A stretch of DNA of 62,913 bases, filler included, from Globobulimina sp. (GCA_003354225.1; 44 parts of 44 records of this genome joined end to end with filler, not necessarily neighbours in it); one strand, 5' to 3'. Counted from the first letter of the whole stretch, positions 12,499 through 24,956 are shown. Numbers and translations are program-made. The notes: generated by a model not told the origin, from the sequence alone.

Positions 12499-12800
12499 AT
12501 GTCAGCTGTGGCAGATACGGCAGAAGGAAGTGGTGAGTCGCAATTAACCACATGGTTGGTAGAGAATAAATTGTCATCGTTATTTAAAAACGACAGGTTT
12601 ATGCAACAAGAATTAGCATTGCAAGATTTTCTTGAATTAAATGATGAGGAATTGCAGTTAAATGATAATGTATATTTGTTGATATATATTTGTGGTTTGC
12701 TTTTGTGTGACGTACAGCGAGTTCCTTAGAGACGATTTGAAATTGGGTGTGATGGAAGCAAAGAAGTTTAAAAAAGCGATGCGAAAATTGCAAGGAAAGC
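12499..12800 (+). CDS. SAM-domain protein, 5' fragment, intron 12657..12717
   Basis: Spliced product LTTWL...L...F...L...L.ELNDEEL|HEFLRDDLKLGVMEAKKFKKAM fits a SAM fold. Confidence 0.6.
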
Positions 12801-12926
12801 NNNNNNNNNNNNNNNNNNNNNNNNNNNNNNNNNNNNNNNNNNNNTTAATTAATTAANNNNNNNNNNNNNNNNNNNNNNNNNNNNNNNNNNNNNNNNNNNN
12901 ATTTGGTTAGGGACGCCAAGTGATAA

Positions 12927-14091
12927 CTCACCTTACGCACCGCAGATTTACGCCCCTTGCAGCCTAGCTAGAATTGGTTAGAATTCATCCCTCGTTTAAA
13001 GGGAGATTCACCAGATGGATATGCTTGATATTTATACGGATTACCTGATTTGCCAAAATAAATATGCAACAGCAACAGGCTTATCAGATATGTTGGACGG
13101 TGACATTTCACACGATAAAGTGACGCGATATCTTCGTACAGAGAACGGCGGTTCAAAATCGCTCTGGGCTTTATGTAAAGCCTACGGTTCGAGAACAAGA
13201 ATCCTCTTGGAGGAGTATTGATCTTAGATGATTCTATTGAGGAAAAACCATATACGGATGAGAACGAAATTAACTGTTGGTACTACTCTCACGCGAAAGG
13301 CGAGGTGGTTAAAGGAATTAATATCCTTTCATGTATGGTCCGATATGATGATTTCAGTGTGCCTATAGGGTATGAAGTTATTAAAAAGGAGCTTGTATAC
13401 AGCGATATAAAAACAAAGCGTGTCAAGAAAAAGTCCTCAATTTCTAAAAATGAGATATTTCGTAGTCTACTGAAACAAGCTGCCGCAAATAAAGTGCTAT
13501 TTGATTATGTGCTGGCAGATAATTGGTATGGCTCAAAGGCCAATATGGCGTATATCCACAATGACCTTCGAAAATCGTTTATTATCGGAATTAAGTCCAA
13601 TCGGACATTAGCTTTATCCAAAAAACGACGCCGACAACGGGACGGTATCAATCATTGCGCTCATTAGAGCTAGAAGAGAATATAGCTCACACAGTCTGGC
13701 TTAAAGGCCTAGACTTCCCCGTGCAGCTCCTGATAAAAGTTTTCAAAAACGAAAACGGCTCAACAGGTATTCTCTATCTGATTTCTAATGACATGCATAG
13801 TAATGCTGAACGTCTTTACGAAGTCTACCAGAAACGGTGGCGGATTGAAGAGTATCATAAGTCAATTAAGCAAAATGCGAGTTTAGCAAAGTCTCCAACA
13901 AAAAAAGCAAAAACCCAATGTAATCATATATTTGCATCGATTATTGCATACTGCAAATTGGAGTTTTTGAAAATAAAAACGAACCTAAATCATTTTGCAA
14001 TTAAATATAAATTAATTCTTCGGGCAAACCAGGTTGCGATGCGGGAGCTAAAAAATATGACTGGTTAGATGGGACTGGTGCGTAAGGTGAG
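12927..14091 (+). mobile_element. IS701-family bacterial insertion sequence (1,165 bp)
   Basis: Perfect 15-bp terminal inverted repeats CTCACCTTACGCACC (12927..12941) and GGTGCGTAAGGTGAG (14077..14091) flank a DDE transposase. Confidence 0.9.
13015..14068 (+). pseudogene. IS701-family DDE transposase broken into three frames
   Basis: SHDKVTRYL, LILDDS..EKP, VLADNWY and YQKRWRIEEYHK motifs; frameshifts near ~13180-13220 and ~13620-13655 (the latter at an A-run). Confidence 0.85.
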
Positions 14092-14333
14092 AACTTAAAT
14101 AAAATTTTCTCTTCTTCCCTCTCTTCTTTCTTCTTTTCTTTCTTCCCCCTTTTTTTTCGCTGGTCCTCTTCTTTTTTTCTTTTCAACTCCTTGTTTTTTT
14201 TTTAGAAAACTCACCTTACTCACCCGTCCCATCNNNNNNNNNNNNNNNNNNNNNNNNNNNNNNNNNNNNNNNNNNNNTTAATTAATTAANNNNNNNNNNN
14301 NNNNNNNNNNNNNNNNNNNNNNNNNNNNNNNNN

Positions 14334-15666
14334 GGAAGGATATTCTGCGATTATTCATGGTTTGGTCGAGGGAGTCAATATAAAATATAAGCAAATTGTA
14401 CATACCATCGATTGGAATGAGGATGAAATTAAGGTGTATGCCAATGGCGAGGCAGACGATAACAATAAGAATGAGGTTTTACTTTTACATCAATTTATCA
14501 TGCTTTTTTTTACCAATTTATGTTCGATTTCATTTATATATAAAACACATGCACAGAGTGAGAGGGTCTATTGTGGCGACGCAGTGGTTGTGACCTTACC
14601 GTTGGGCGTCTTGAAAAATGGCGACGTAGCGTTCCAACCAAGTCTGCCATTATGGAAAACCAACGCTATCTCCTCCATTGGTTACGGCCTATTAAACAAA
14701 ATATTTTTGAAATTCGACACTATATTTTGGGACGTCGAGAATGATTACGTTGGCTACGCCTCCTCCATTCATGGCGAATTTTATTTATTTGTCAACTTAG
14801 TGCCCGTGGCAGGGACACCGGTGTTGATGTCCTTAGTCAGTGGCTCATTCGCCGCCAAATTAGAAGAAAAATGCGAGTCTGAAGTGGTGAAGTATGCCAT
14901 GCAGATCTTGGAGAATATATTCTGCAAAAAAAGCAAAAAGAAAAGTAAAAAGAAAGGCATCCCGCAACCCATCGATTATTATATTACGTCGTGGGGAAAG
15001 GACCGCTTTTCCCGCGGCAGCTATTCGTACATAGCCCATGGTTCGAGCGGCGATCATTATGATAAGTTGTCGTACTCTGTGGGGGACAAAATATACTTTG
15101 CCGGCGAGCATACGATACGCAAATGGCCAGCCTCAGTGCACGGCGCTTATCTGAGTGGCATACGCGAAGCGAGGAAGATAATGAACAATCATTATATTCA
15201 TAACGTGGACAAACTGCCGGATAGAAAGAGAGGGAAACGGCGGAAAATAGAGAACAGTCAGTTGTTGAAAGCGTGTTTGACGCAGTATCCAACGGATACG
15301 ATTTTCAAACCCATTAAGGATGTGACTATACGGATGAGTCAGAGGATAAATAACAAGAAACAAAGGAAAATACGGCAGCGCAGCAATCAGAATGAGAGCA
15401 ATCAAGATATTTCGTCTATGTCTGATACTTCGTCAGGGACAGAGGCGGAGGACATTGATTTGGGTAAAAGGCAAACATTGACCTGCACGTTGTGTGGGGG
15501 AATGGGGTATTTGTCAAATGAGGAGAAGGAGGATATGGATGATGATGGCAAGAAAATGAAAAAGAAATGCAAGAGCAAAAGGAAAAAGAATGAGAAATTA
15601 ATCGGTCCGTTTGCTTTGGAGGAGAATAATAAGATTTATATACATTATGGCTGCCGGGAATGGAGC
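14334..15666 (+). CDS. LSD1-like flavin amine oxidase with C-terminal extended-PHD-like zinc finger, fragment; in-frame intron 14476..14556
   Basis: DAVVVTLPLGVLK, GYGLLNK, W..D.FSRGSYS and FAGEHT..WPASVHGAYLSG.REA, followed by CTLC...GPF...IHYGCREWS. Confidence 0.88.
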
Positions 15667-15766
15667 NNNNNNNNNNNNNNNNNNNNNNNNNNNNNNNNNN
15701 NNNNNNNNNNTTAATTAATTAANNNNNNNNNNNNNNNNNNNNNNNNNNNNNNNNNNNNNNNNNNNN

Positions 15767-17099
15767 CACTCTCTCCATTGCCATCCCCATTATTATTGTG
15801 ATCATCGTCCACACCGTACACTGGTTCCATTTCGATTAACGAGGCGTTATTAAAAGTATTATCTAACAAAGGATGTTGATTTGTGATTTTACGGAAGAAG
15901 CATAAAGTATCCATCATTGATATGATCCGATCTAAAATGCACAGCAAATCTCTGCGAGATAATTTATTCTCATTCTCGTCATTTTCTATCTCATTTTCAT
16001 ATATTTTATCCACATAATACGCCAACAACTTCACCAAACATTGTTTTTGCTGCGTCAATTCGTGTAATTTCTCCATATCTGGCGAGAGAACATTCAGTTT
16101 ACTGGTCACATTATGCGCGATCTCAACCAATAATATGTTTTGTAACATGCCCGATATCTGACATTTATTGCCATCAAACATCACCTTATCATAAACATTG
16201 CGCAATAACGCTTCCATGCCGTCTGTAAACTGTATCGTGCCGACATCCATTTCACTTTTCAACGCATATTGTTTGTGTAAGTTGCTATATAACGACTGAA
16301 TTAAATTTAATTTCGACACATTATCGCCATCATCCTCCATCAATGCATCTAACGTACTCAAATCATATCCTTTTTCGCATTTTGTATCTATTGTATTATA
16401 AATATCGTCAAATTGGTCCGTAAGTTCCGTCACAATGTCAAATATAAATCGCCCACAATGCTCCTTATATTGATACTCTTCGTCGCACAAAAACGCAAAG
16501 GATTTCCCAATTTCATTGATCAGCTCATTATCAATCGACTCACGAATACATTTCTTCAATTGTTTCAATCCCTTATTCCGTATTTTCGCCCCCATCTCTT
16601 CCCTCTCGTCATCGTCCATATCCTCTGTGATCACAAACTCTTTCTTTTCCTCAAAACCCTCCGAATCCGACGCATCCGCATCGCCATAAAACTTATTCTC
16701 CACAAAAGGAGTGTCATGCCGCGAGAATATAATCTTCAATGAATTTAAGATTTGATTCAAATGCGTCTTCGATTTGACGCTATTAAACGCATCGATCGGT
16801 ATCAAGGGAATGATCTTAATCAACGGATACAATTTAAATACGTCCGCCTGATACATATCTAACAGCGACGACAAATGCGGCAAAATGCATTGTTTCAACG
16901 TGTCCAACGCCGCCTGCTTCTCGTCCAAGTCATGCCGCGTCGATTTGCGCCCTCTCTTTGCTTTGACATTCCTGCATTCCACGTCCAACTTATTCCGCAC
17001 TGATTTGACGCACGAAAGGATCAAATAACACAATATCGTCTGTCCCTCGTCATCGATGTAATGCTTTATATTCATATCTTGTATGCCGTCGCCGTCCTC
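15767..17099 (-). CDS. Cohesin subunit STAG/Scc3, internal fragment
   Basis: LPHLSSLLDMYQADVFKL..LIKI...HLNQILNSLKIIFSRH...IGKSFAFLCDEE parallels the STAG segment LP.LL.KY.AD.EKV..LL.I...HLD.LL..I..VV.KH...CSKTY.ILC.EE. Confidence 0.75.
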
Positions 17100-17383
17100 N
17101 NNNNNNNNNNNNNNNNNNNNNNNNNNNNNNNNNNNNNNNNNNNTTAATTAATTAANNNNNNNNNNNNNNNNNNNNNNNNNNNNNNNNNNNNNNNNNNNNT
17201 TTTTGTTGCTTATTCTTATTATTCTCTGGTGTAGACTTAAACCGTTTTATCGGTTGTGGTGTGTCGTATTGATAGTCATCACCTTGTAACGTGGACAATT
17301 TTCGTTTACGTGAAGCGCTCATATTGTCTGAAAAAGGTTTTTGACAGTTTTCACTGAATAATACAGGATCGATATTTTGTAGA

Positions 17384-18157
17384 ATGACAGAAACAAACAA
17401 AGAGGTTGAACGATTTTTATTATTATTAAAATCTCAAAAATTAAAAGCCGCCGCCGCTGTCATTGAACAAATATTAGGAACGCCATCAATATTTTCATTT
17501 GGTGAATTTATAAATCTTAATAATGTGAAAGCATTGAAAGGTTCATCCGAAGGAAAATGGTATGACGCATTGGAATTATTTGCTTATGGAACATATGGTG
17601 ATTATAAAAAAAATCAAAGCAAATATCCCAAATTCAATACGAAACAGTTGGCGAAATTAAAGCAACTTTCCATTGTTACCTTTGCTGGACAGTCAACCAC
17701 AAAAATATTATATTATAAGACATTACAGCAACAATTGGACATTAAGACAGGTTAAATTCAAAAATATATTTATGTTTATCTGCGAATCTGCGGCCAACAT
17801 AAATAAACACAACAAATAGTGCGAGAATTAGAGGATTTGATGATTGACTGTATTTATTCGGGTTTAATTGTTGGCCGTTTGGATCAAAGAAAGGCTTTAT
17901 TGGAAATAAGATATTGTCGCGGTCGCGATATTAATGAGAAAGCAATTGGATTGATGAAAAATAGATTATTGTCTTGGTTAAAATCAACGGATCAAATTAT
18001 AAAAATGATAGAAACGCAGCAAAAAACTGCTACACGGCTTACAAACGAAAGGGAGCAGAAATATATCGCCGCACAAATTAAAATTGAGAAGACCACTAAA
18101 GACATATTAGAAAGAGCTGCGGTGGAACAGGCTGCCAAAGGTGGTGGACATGATTAA
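17384..18157 (+). CDS. CSN7: COP9 signalosome subunit 7 (PCI domain), complete, intron 17751..17819
   Basis: FLLL.K...AAA.VI.Q.L..P.IF.FGE, LELFAYGTY.DY, KLKQLSIV and T|VRELEDL.ID.IY.GLI.GRLDQ. Confidence 0.92.
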
Positions 18158-18244
18158 CATTTATATTTTATCTTTTTGTTTTTGTAATAATCATCCTTGC
18201 ACAAAGCAGTTTTTTTGACCTCAATCTCCATTCTTCTCAACATC

Positions 18245-18532
18245 ATGCAAACGTATTTAAATGTTGACAAATTGTCTTCCATGCAACAAATGGTGCTGGT
18301 TTTGGCATTTTTTACAGTTGTTTTAATTATATTGTATGTCAATGTATTTTGTCCAGATCCAAGCAACTTTCTACATATTGATAATTTGTTTGAATCGCAT
18401 GAACCATTCATTCCCTGCAACACGAACAGCAAAGCAATGGCATACCAGCCATCCTTAATAATCATAGGCTCTGTGAACGGAGGTACCTCATTATTAAACG
18501 ATATCTACTCATTCTTTCTTGACTCATTCACC
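18245..18532 (+). CDS. Type II membrane sulfotransferase-like protein, 5' fragment
   Basis: N-terminal TM anchor, then PSLIIIGSVNGGTSLL, resembling the 5'-PSB loop P-x-F-x-I-I-G-x-x-K-x-G-T. Confidence 0.5.
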
Positions 18533-18632
18533 NNNNNNNNNNNNNNNNNNNNNNNNNNNNNNNNNNNNNNNNNNNNTTAATTAATTAANNNNNNNNNNNN
18601 NNNNNNNNNNNNNNNNNNNNNNNNNNNNNNNN

Positions 18633-19569
18633 GGAAAGCGCCAGGTACTTTGTATTAAATGTTGTTTTGAGCACTAAATCTATGACAAAATGTAACATTA
18701 AATTGCCAGGATTCCATTTGTTGCCCGATGACCTCGAACAAGTCACTGTGATCCCCTTTGCAGCGCCGAACATTGTGTATTATGAGGATGTACATCGCAT
18801 AAAAGCATCCGTTGTGAGACGCATTTTGAATGTTTGGAACTATGGAGATCCAGTACCGATAATTATGAATGGTTTGCAGCACGAAACCAAAGAGAATATA
18901 GGCCTGAGTTTAAGCACTTTATTTAAGTTCAATTCCGACGCTGAATTGATTCAATTGGGCACCAACCAGCCCATTGGCAACGTTTTAATTTTAATGACTG
19001 GTGAAAAACGTATACGTATATCAAAAACAGAGGATGTACGCCGGAGAAAGAAAGCAAAAAAAACATTTTTCGGGCTCAAAATTCATGGTTATAAAAATTG
19101 GAAACATTCTGGCGGCGAAGAAACATGGCTCAAAATGGTGCCATATGTTGCTGTGGCGCCGTATGCGAAAGACGCAGTTTTTTATGTGAAAAAGGGCTCG
19201 AAATGTTTGTGGAAGAATACGCAGGGCGGCGTATTGGGGGCGATTGGAATCGCCCTAAAACACCATCCGATGAAAAGATACAAGGAAGCCATTCTACGGA
19301 GCTGTTTGAAGGATTATTTGAATCAACATTCGGTTTATTGGAAATCTTTTGTGGAGAAGAAGTTGGCGCAAGAAAGGGCGGAAAAGGAGGAAGGCGTTGG
19401 GTCGAGATTTAAAGCTTTATTTGATAGGTTTGGACAGAAAAAACGATTTGAAAAGGAATATGAAGAAAAGGTATCGCCTGAAAAGCAAATCAGTTGGTTG
19501 CCGTGGAAAAGGAGAAAGAAACGGAGGAAATTAGTTGGTGCTGTGGAGGGACATAATTATGGTATATGA
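18633..19569 (+). CDS. Hypothetical protein, C-terminal fragment
   Basis: Long open frame of about 300 codons; no family recognised. Confidence 0.6.
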
Positions 19570-20065
19570 TTGGGTTCGATTTGGTGGGTTTTTTTTTGTA
19601 ATGACAAAGAAATCTTTTGTATACATTTGAGCATTGTTCGTTTGATTTTGTTACACGCTTTTTGCTATCCATTTTTTTGGTTAATGTTAATAGATAACCA
19701 CTAGTCGATTTTTTGTATATGATTTATGCAAAGTTGAAGTACAGTACTAAGTAGCGTAAAAAGTGAACACTTCAATGCAGTCACAACTATTAAGCTAATT
19801 TTCATTGTGGTGGTCGGATGTTCCAGATAATGGGTCATACGATCCATCATGCACCTCTTCATAATCACTTGCAATTTCTCCATTTTTGATGCTTTTTTAT
19901 ATTTTTCAACAACGTAAACGATGAGTAGCTCACTAACAAGTTTTTGAGAATCATGGATCTAGCAANNNNNNNNNNNNNNNNNNNNNNNNNNNNNNNNNNN
20001 NNNNNNNNNTTAATTAATTAANNNNNNNNNNNNNNNNNNNNNNNNNNNNNNNNNNNNNNNNNNNN

Positions 20066-20447
20066 TGATTGCGAAATGTTGATGTTTTTAGCCAAAATTC
20101 GCAATTTTGTGCAATCTGGCGCCATGGGGCGCAATGTGGCGTCGTGGCGTCAGTGCGCCATTAAGAGTTTTAAATTTCGTGACAGTATGTTTGTTAGTTT
20201 GTCCAAATTGATTGCGAAATGTTGATGTTTTTAGCCAAAATTCGCAATTTTGTGCAATCTGGCGCCATGGGGCGCAATGTGGCGTCGTGGCGTCAGTGCG
20301 CCATTAAGAGTTTTCAATTTCGTGACTACATGTCTGTTTGCTAGTCCCAATTGATTGCGAAATGTTGATCTTTTTAGCCAAAATTCGCAATTTTGTGCAA
20401 TCTGGCGCCATGGAGCGTAATATGTCGTCGTGGCGTCAGTGCGCCAA
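20066..20447. repeat. Tandem repeat with 143-bp period (~2.7 copies visible)
   Basis: TGATTGCGAAATGTTGAT...GGCGTCAGTGCGCCA recurs at 20066, 20209 and 20352. Confidence 0.95.
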
Positions 20448-21498
20448 TAACAAATTCACAAAAAAAAACGTTGTACTGAACATTCCGATCAATTTCGTGA
20501 CCCTATGTTTGCTACTTTGCCTAAATAGGTCATTTGTCACTATCAAATACTCTTGTTTTCATATTGATAATTGGTTGATTTTAAAAATCGCTCTAGCCCG
20601 AACCTGAAACGAAGCCAAAGTTCTACGTTTAATAGATCAAACGAAAGCTGAGAATCAGGGCAACAAATTTGTCAGCACAGATTTTTGATATAGGCCCTAG
20701 TTTTCGCGCAATGCGGCTTCAAATGTGAGCATATGCCGATTTAGGCCTCTATGTGGTCATGATTTAGTAGTCATCGTCCTCCAGAGAATAGATAAATCGA
20801 ACAGTTGGTCATAGCGTTTGTTAGGCTACCATATAGTAAGTTCGATTATGTATTAAAGTTGCCTCCATATCATCCGTGTTTTTGGTAGAAAGCAAAAAAC
20901 AAAAAAAATTTCGATGGAAAAATAACCCGTTTTGGGCATGCTTTTCTGGTGACCGTAGAATGTTAATGAAGCATTCATGAAAGTTCATTAAAAAACGATT
21001 TTGTAGCGCTTGATCCGATCTGTCGAACGGTGTAATCCGCTAGTCTGTAGCTCATTTTGCTAAGAAACGACAGTCAAACGAAAAACGTCAAAAAAACGTA
21101 CCAGGACTAAAAATGATAAAATTTGAATTTCCCGCCAAAACTGGATCTGCCGAACATGGGTTATGGGTGGTCTAGAAAGCCAATTGTCCACTCTACCCAA
21201 CCATGTGTCAATGTTGGTCGGTGCACTTTCCGTCCAGTTGTTATTCCATAATGAATTAGGTGGTGCGTCGCATATTTTGCCCATATTGGGAAGTTGCCGC
21301 CCCCCTGATTCAAACTGACTGAACGATAAATTTGCTATGCTTTATCCGATTGCCACCCTTGTGCCCGCCGCAAATTGTTGCGACGGCAAAAATTTAAANN
21401 NNNNNNNNNNNNNNNNNNNNNNNNNNNNNNNNNNNNNNNNNNTTAATTAATTAANNNNNNNNNNNNNNNNNNNNNNNNNNNNNNNNNNNNNNNNNNNN

Positions 21499-21627
21499 AT
21501 CATGGATTATGATAAAGTTTTAATTGTGGATAATGGTAACATTTTAGAATATGATTCTCCAAAGAATTTGTTGAATAATCCACAAAGTAAATTTAAACAA
21601 ATTGTAAAGGAATCGCTGGATGAGTAG
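21499..21627 (+). CDS. ABCC/MRP transporter, extreme C-terminus
   Basis: IMDYDKVLIVDNGNILEYDSPKNLL.NP.SKF is the canonical end of ABCC NBD2. Confidence 0.9.
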   Translation: MMDYDKVLIVDNGNILEYDSPKNLLNNPQSKFKQIVKESLDE

Positions 21628-21757
21628 ATATTTAAATTTTTGTGTGTGTTCTGTTTTGAATTATTAATATTCAAATCAGTATTAATTATTTTTGTGATAT
21701 TTAAATTTTGTGTGTGTTCTGTTTTGAATTATATAATATTCAATTCAGTATTAATTA
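21627..21757. repeat. Direct duplication of a ~65-bp 3'-UTR segment
   Basis: GATATTTAAATTTTGTGTGTGTTCTGTTTTGAATTAT...TCAGTATTAATTA occurs twice. Confidence 0.85.
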
Positions 21758-22931
21758 TATTACAGTAGTTACACTGAAAAAGCCATAATATAGTAAATAG
21801 AGTAAGACTGAACGGGCCGGGAGACTTCCAATCGGTACAGCCCATTTAATAAACAGATGTTATAGATATTGAGGTTTTCTTGAAGTGAGCTAACATGTGT
21901 AAGCTAGTCATCCCTTTCACCCTGCTTTGAATCAATGAAATACAAACACAGACTAATATTGATTTTATACTTTCTTTAGATCTGGCTGAAAAGGCAAATA
22001 ATATCGATGTATTTGAAGATTACAGAACTGATGAACAATAACATTGACAACACTGAACACTGCAGCATACTGTATACGATCCTAATATCTCGTGCAGTGG
22101 TCGGATTTTTATTTTTCCAACATTTCCTGCTTGAGTTGACTTGTAATAATGATATATTATAATTTATATTGTGTGTAGTGACCATTGCTAGCACTCATAG
22201 CAGTCAAAGTGTAACGATCTAACTATAAACCCGATTTGTTTAAATGTGAATAATACTTAATTATGTATGCAAGATTACACTAAAAATTATGATCGTGTCT
22301 CCTTCATTTAATTATTGACTTAAGCTTTGGTTTGCATCTTTCTTGTCGTCACCTTTTTGTGTCCATGCAGATGCTGCTGCGGCACCCAAACCTACGATTT
22401 CATTTGGATTATGTGAACCGGCCCAATCTGAGTCGGTATTGAAATCATTCCATAGAGTGTCTGCAAAATCTGATTGAACATCTGTCCGTTTTTGATGGTC
22501 TGGGTTAATTACTATATGCAAACAGCTCGGATGCTGCAGCTCTGTTTTGCCTATGCTACAGTTTATATTTTTAAATTGCTGTCCATGCGCTATTAACACT
22601 GCAGTTTCTACAGTCATATCACTGATGTGGCTGAAAAGGCAAATAATATCGATGTATTTGAAGATTGTGCATGTCTTTGGAAAAAATAACCAAAAAGCTG
22701 TGTTCAATCGTAGCCAGTTTTGGTCAAATAACTCTCCTGAAGTCGACCTTATGTTTATATCAAATAGATTCTGGTTTATTTTATAATATTAATTACAACT
22801 TTTTTAATAATTATTGAATGAATGCGAATGGNNNNNNNNNNNNNNNNNNNNNNNNNNNNNNNNNNNNNNNNNNNNTTAATTAATTAANNNNNNNNNNNNN
22901 NNNNNNNNNNNNNNNNNNNNNNNNNNNNNNN

Positions 22932-23021
22932 ATAACTTTGTGTTGGGTTTGCAAATCGAGAACAAAGTCAGAACAAATTTATAATTGAATTTTCGGTATA
23001 CAAAGGGGGGGTTATCCAAAC
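22932..23021. repeat. Interspersed repeat, copy 1 (copy 2 at 39769..39858)
   Basis: About 90 bp shared with an unrelated contig, including AGAACAAAGTCAGAACAAATTTATAATTGAA and GTATACAAAGG.GGGGTTATCCAAAC. Confidence 0.9.
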
Positions 23022-24363
23022 GGGGGGGTTATCTTTTGGAATATATCGTTTAAATGAATAATTTTGCCATATCTTTATTGGTGTTCCACAACACCAAAAG
23101 CACCACATTGCTTATCCGCAAAATATGCGCCGTGATGCAGCCTTATTCCACATACTGAATTCAACATGACAAGAAGAAGATTATATCGAATATATTATCA
23201 TAATGAGGATTACTAAGATGTCAATGATGATAAATGTTCTAGCACCCAGCAATTTAACGCGCAATGGATATATCATTATATTATTTTTAACTGATATTTT
23301 AAACATTTACACATTTTTTGCTGCTATGTATGATCATATGAGATATATTATATTATATTATGGGTCATATAATATTAAAACATTTACATTGTCTCCATTT
23401 GTAAACTATGGTCATATGCATCCTATCTGAGCTCGAAGTAGAGTTTGTTTGGTCCATGGTTGGCTCCATATGATCTAACACATTGTTTTTGCGCCATGCA
23501 CTATGTCACTGTGTCCTCTGCTTATTACATTGCAATTTATATTTGATTGATTCCCATCTGATGTAGATGTATTGGGAGATATTGTCTTTACACCTATCCT
23601 GTTTCAGGTGCTACGTGATAGTTTGGCTGTGAGTCTACGTTTCCTAGCTAGTGGGCGATTGGGCGGCAACGAACTGGATAGCTTCGACTTTCCGAGAGGC
23701 CCCAATCTTAACGGTGTTTTAACACTGGGCCTTACACTGTCCAAGGTCCAGATCATTGCAATAAATGGTCTTACCACCCAGCTATAATGGGATCACTGTA
23801 GCGATCATCAGATGCAATTATCCTTTATATTGAGCCTTGTGAGCTAATAAAAATAATATTGAATTACATTATGCTGCATTCATTCTTCCCCATCACCGAT
23901 CAATGTATGCATTTATACTATCTACAATAATTATTATCCATCACTATGAAATATTATTGACATCGTATGTAGCACTGAACCCGTTCTACGGTTAGTTCAC
24001 TGTACTGCACTCTTTTGACGGGACGTTGTGTTTTGAGTCTGTTATTGTCATCGAGTGATTTAGTTGATTGTAGTCAGTCAATTGGTGCTGCCTGTCACGG
24101 ACATAAAAACATAAAAACATTATTTATAGCCTTGCCGTTTTCTTCTGGCAAGCATTTAATTTAAAACTCCATTTCATTCCCTCCGCTTTCAAAAAAAAAA
24201 AAAAAAAGCCAGCGAATAATTTGAATGAGGAAGAATGAGATCTAATTTGTAAATAACACATTTNNNNNNNNNNNNNNNNNNNNNNNNNNNNNNNNNNNNN
24301 NNNNNNNTTAATTAATTAANNNNNNNNNNNNNNNNNNNNNNNNNNNNNNNNNNNNNNNNNNNN

Positions 24364-24624
24364 CTCCTTATCTTTCTTATACTCATCTCGGATTTCTTTC
24401 AGCTCTTTATTAAGCACTTTCTTAATAGAGTCAAGCTTTGCCTCATTAATAGTAGTATCGGCAGCATACTTGCTAATCTCAATTCTGTTCTCACATTTCA
24501 TCTTAACAAATTTCTCAGCATCCTTTAATATGACTGATTGTTTGTTTTCTCCACCGCACGAAGCAAACAACACAATAACAAATAATATTGCAAAACTTAC
24601 TATTGTCAATTGGATTTTTCCCAT
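24364..24624 (-). CDS. Bacterial lipoprotein, 3'-truncated
   Basis: Signal peptide MGKIQLTIVSFAILFVIVLFASC ending in a lipobox Cys. Confidence 0.7.
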
Positions 24625-24893
24625 GATATCAATTTTAGTTGTTAAACATTAGAATGAATATAATACATAATATTAATTTCCAGATTGATACAAATTTACA
24701 AATATTGTTGATACAAAGTGGGTGATATTTATAGATAAGAACAAATTTAATCAGATGATATAAAGTTGTGAACCTTAAATTTACATTTAGAACTCAACTT
24801 TGACACTAAACCCCTTTTCCAATGTGCCTAATTTTCTTTCTTATATATAAAATCAAGGCCTTATAAATTTATCACCATTGAATGAAAAATCAC

Positions 24894-24901
24894 TAATTTT
24901 G
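24894..24901 (+). promoter_or_regulatory. Bacteroidota-type -7 promoter element (TAnnTTTG)
   Basis: TAATTTTG lies 55 bp upstream of the livH ATG; a matching TAAATTTG lies on the minus strand (24691..24698) upstream of the lipoprotein. Confidence 0.5.
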
Positions 24902-24956
24902 TAAACTAAGTAGAGTTATATCTTATAAACATTTACATGACGTTTAAAATCAACGA

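Noticed and set aside
23430-23860. Possible gene in the GC-richer stretch
   Set aside because: No long uninterrupted frame and no recognisable motif.
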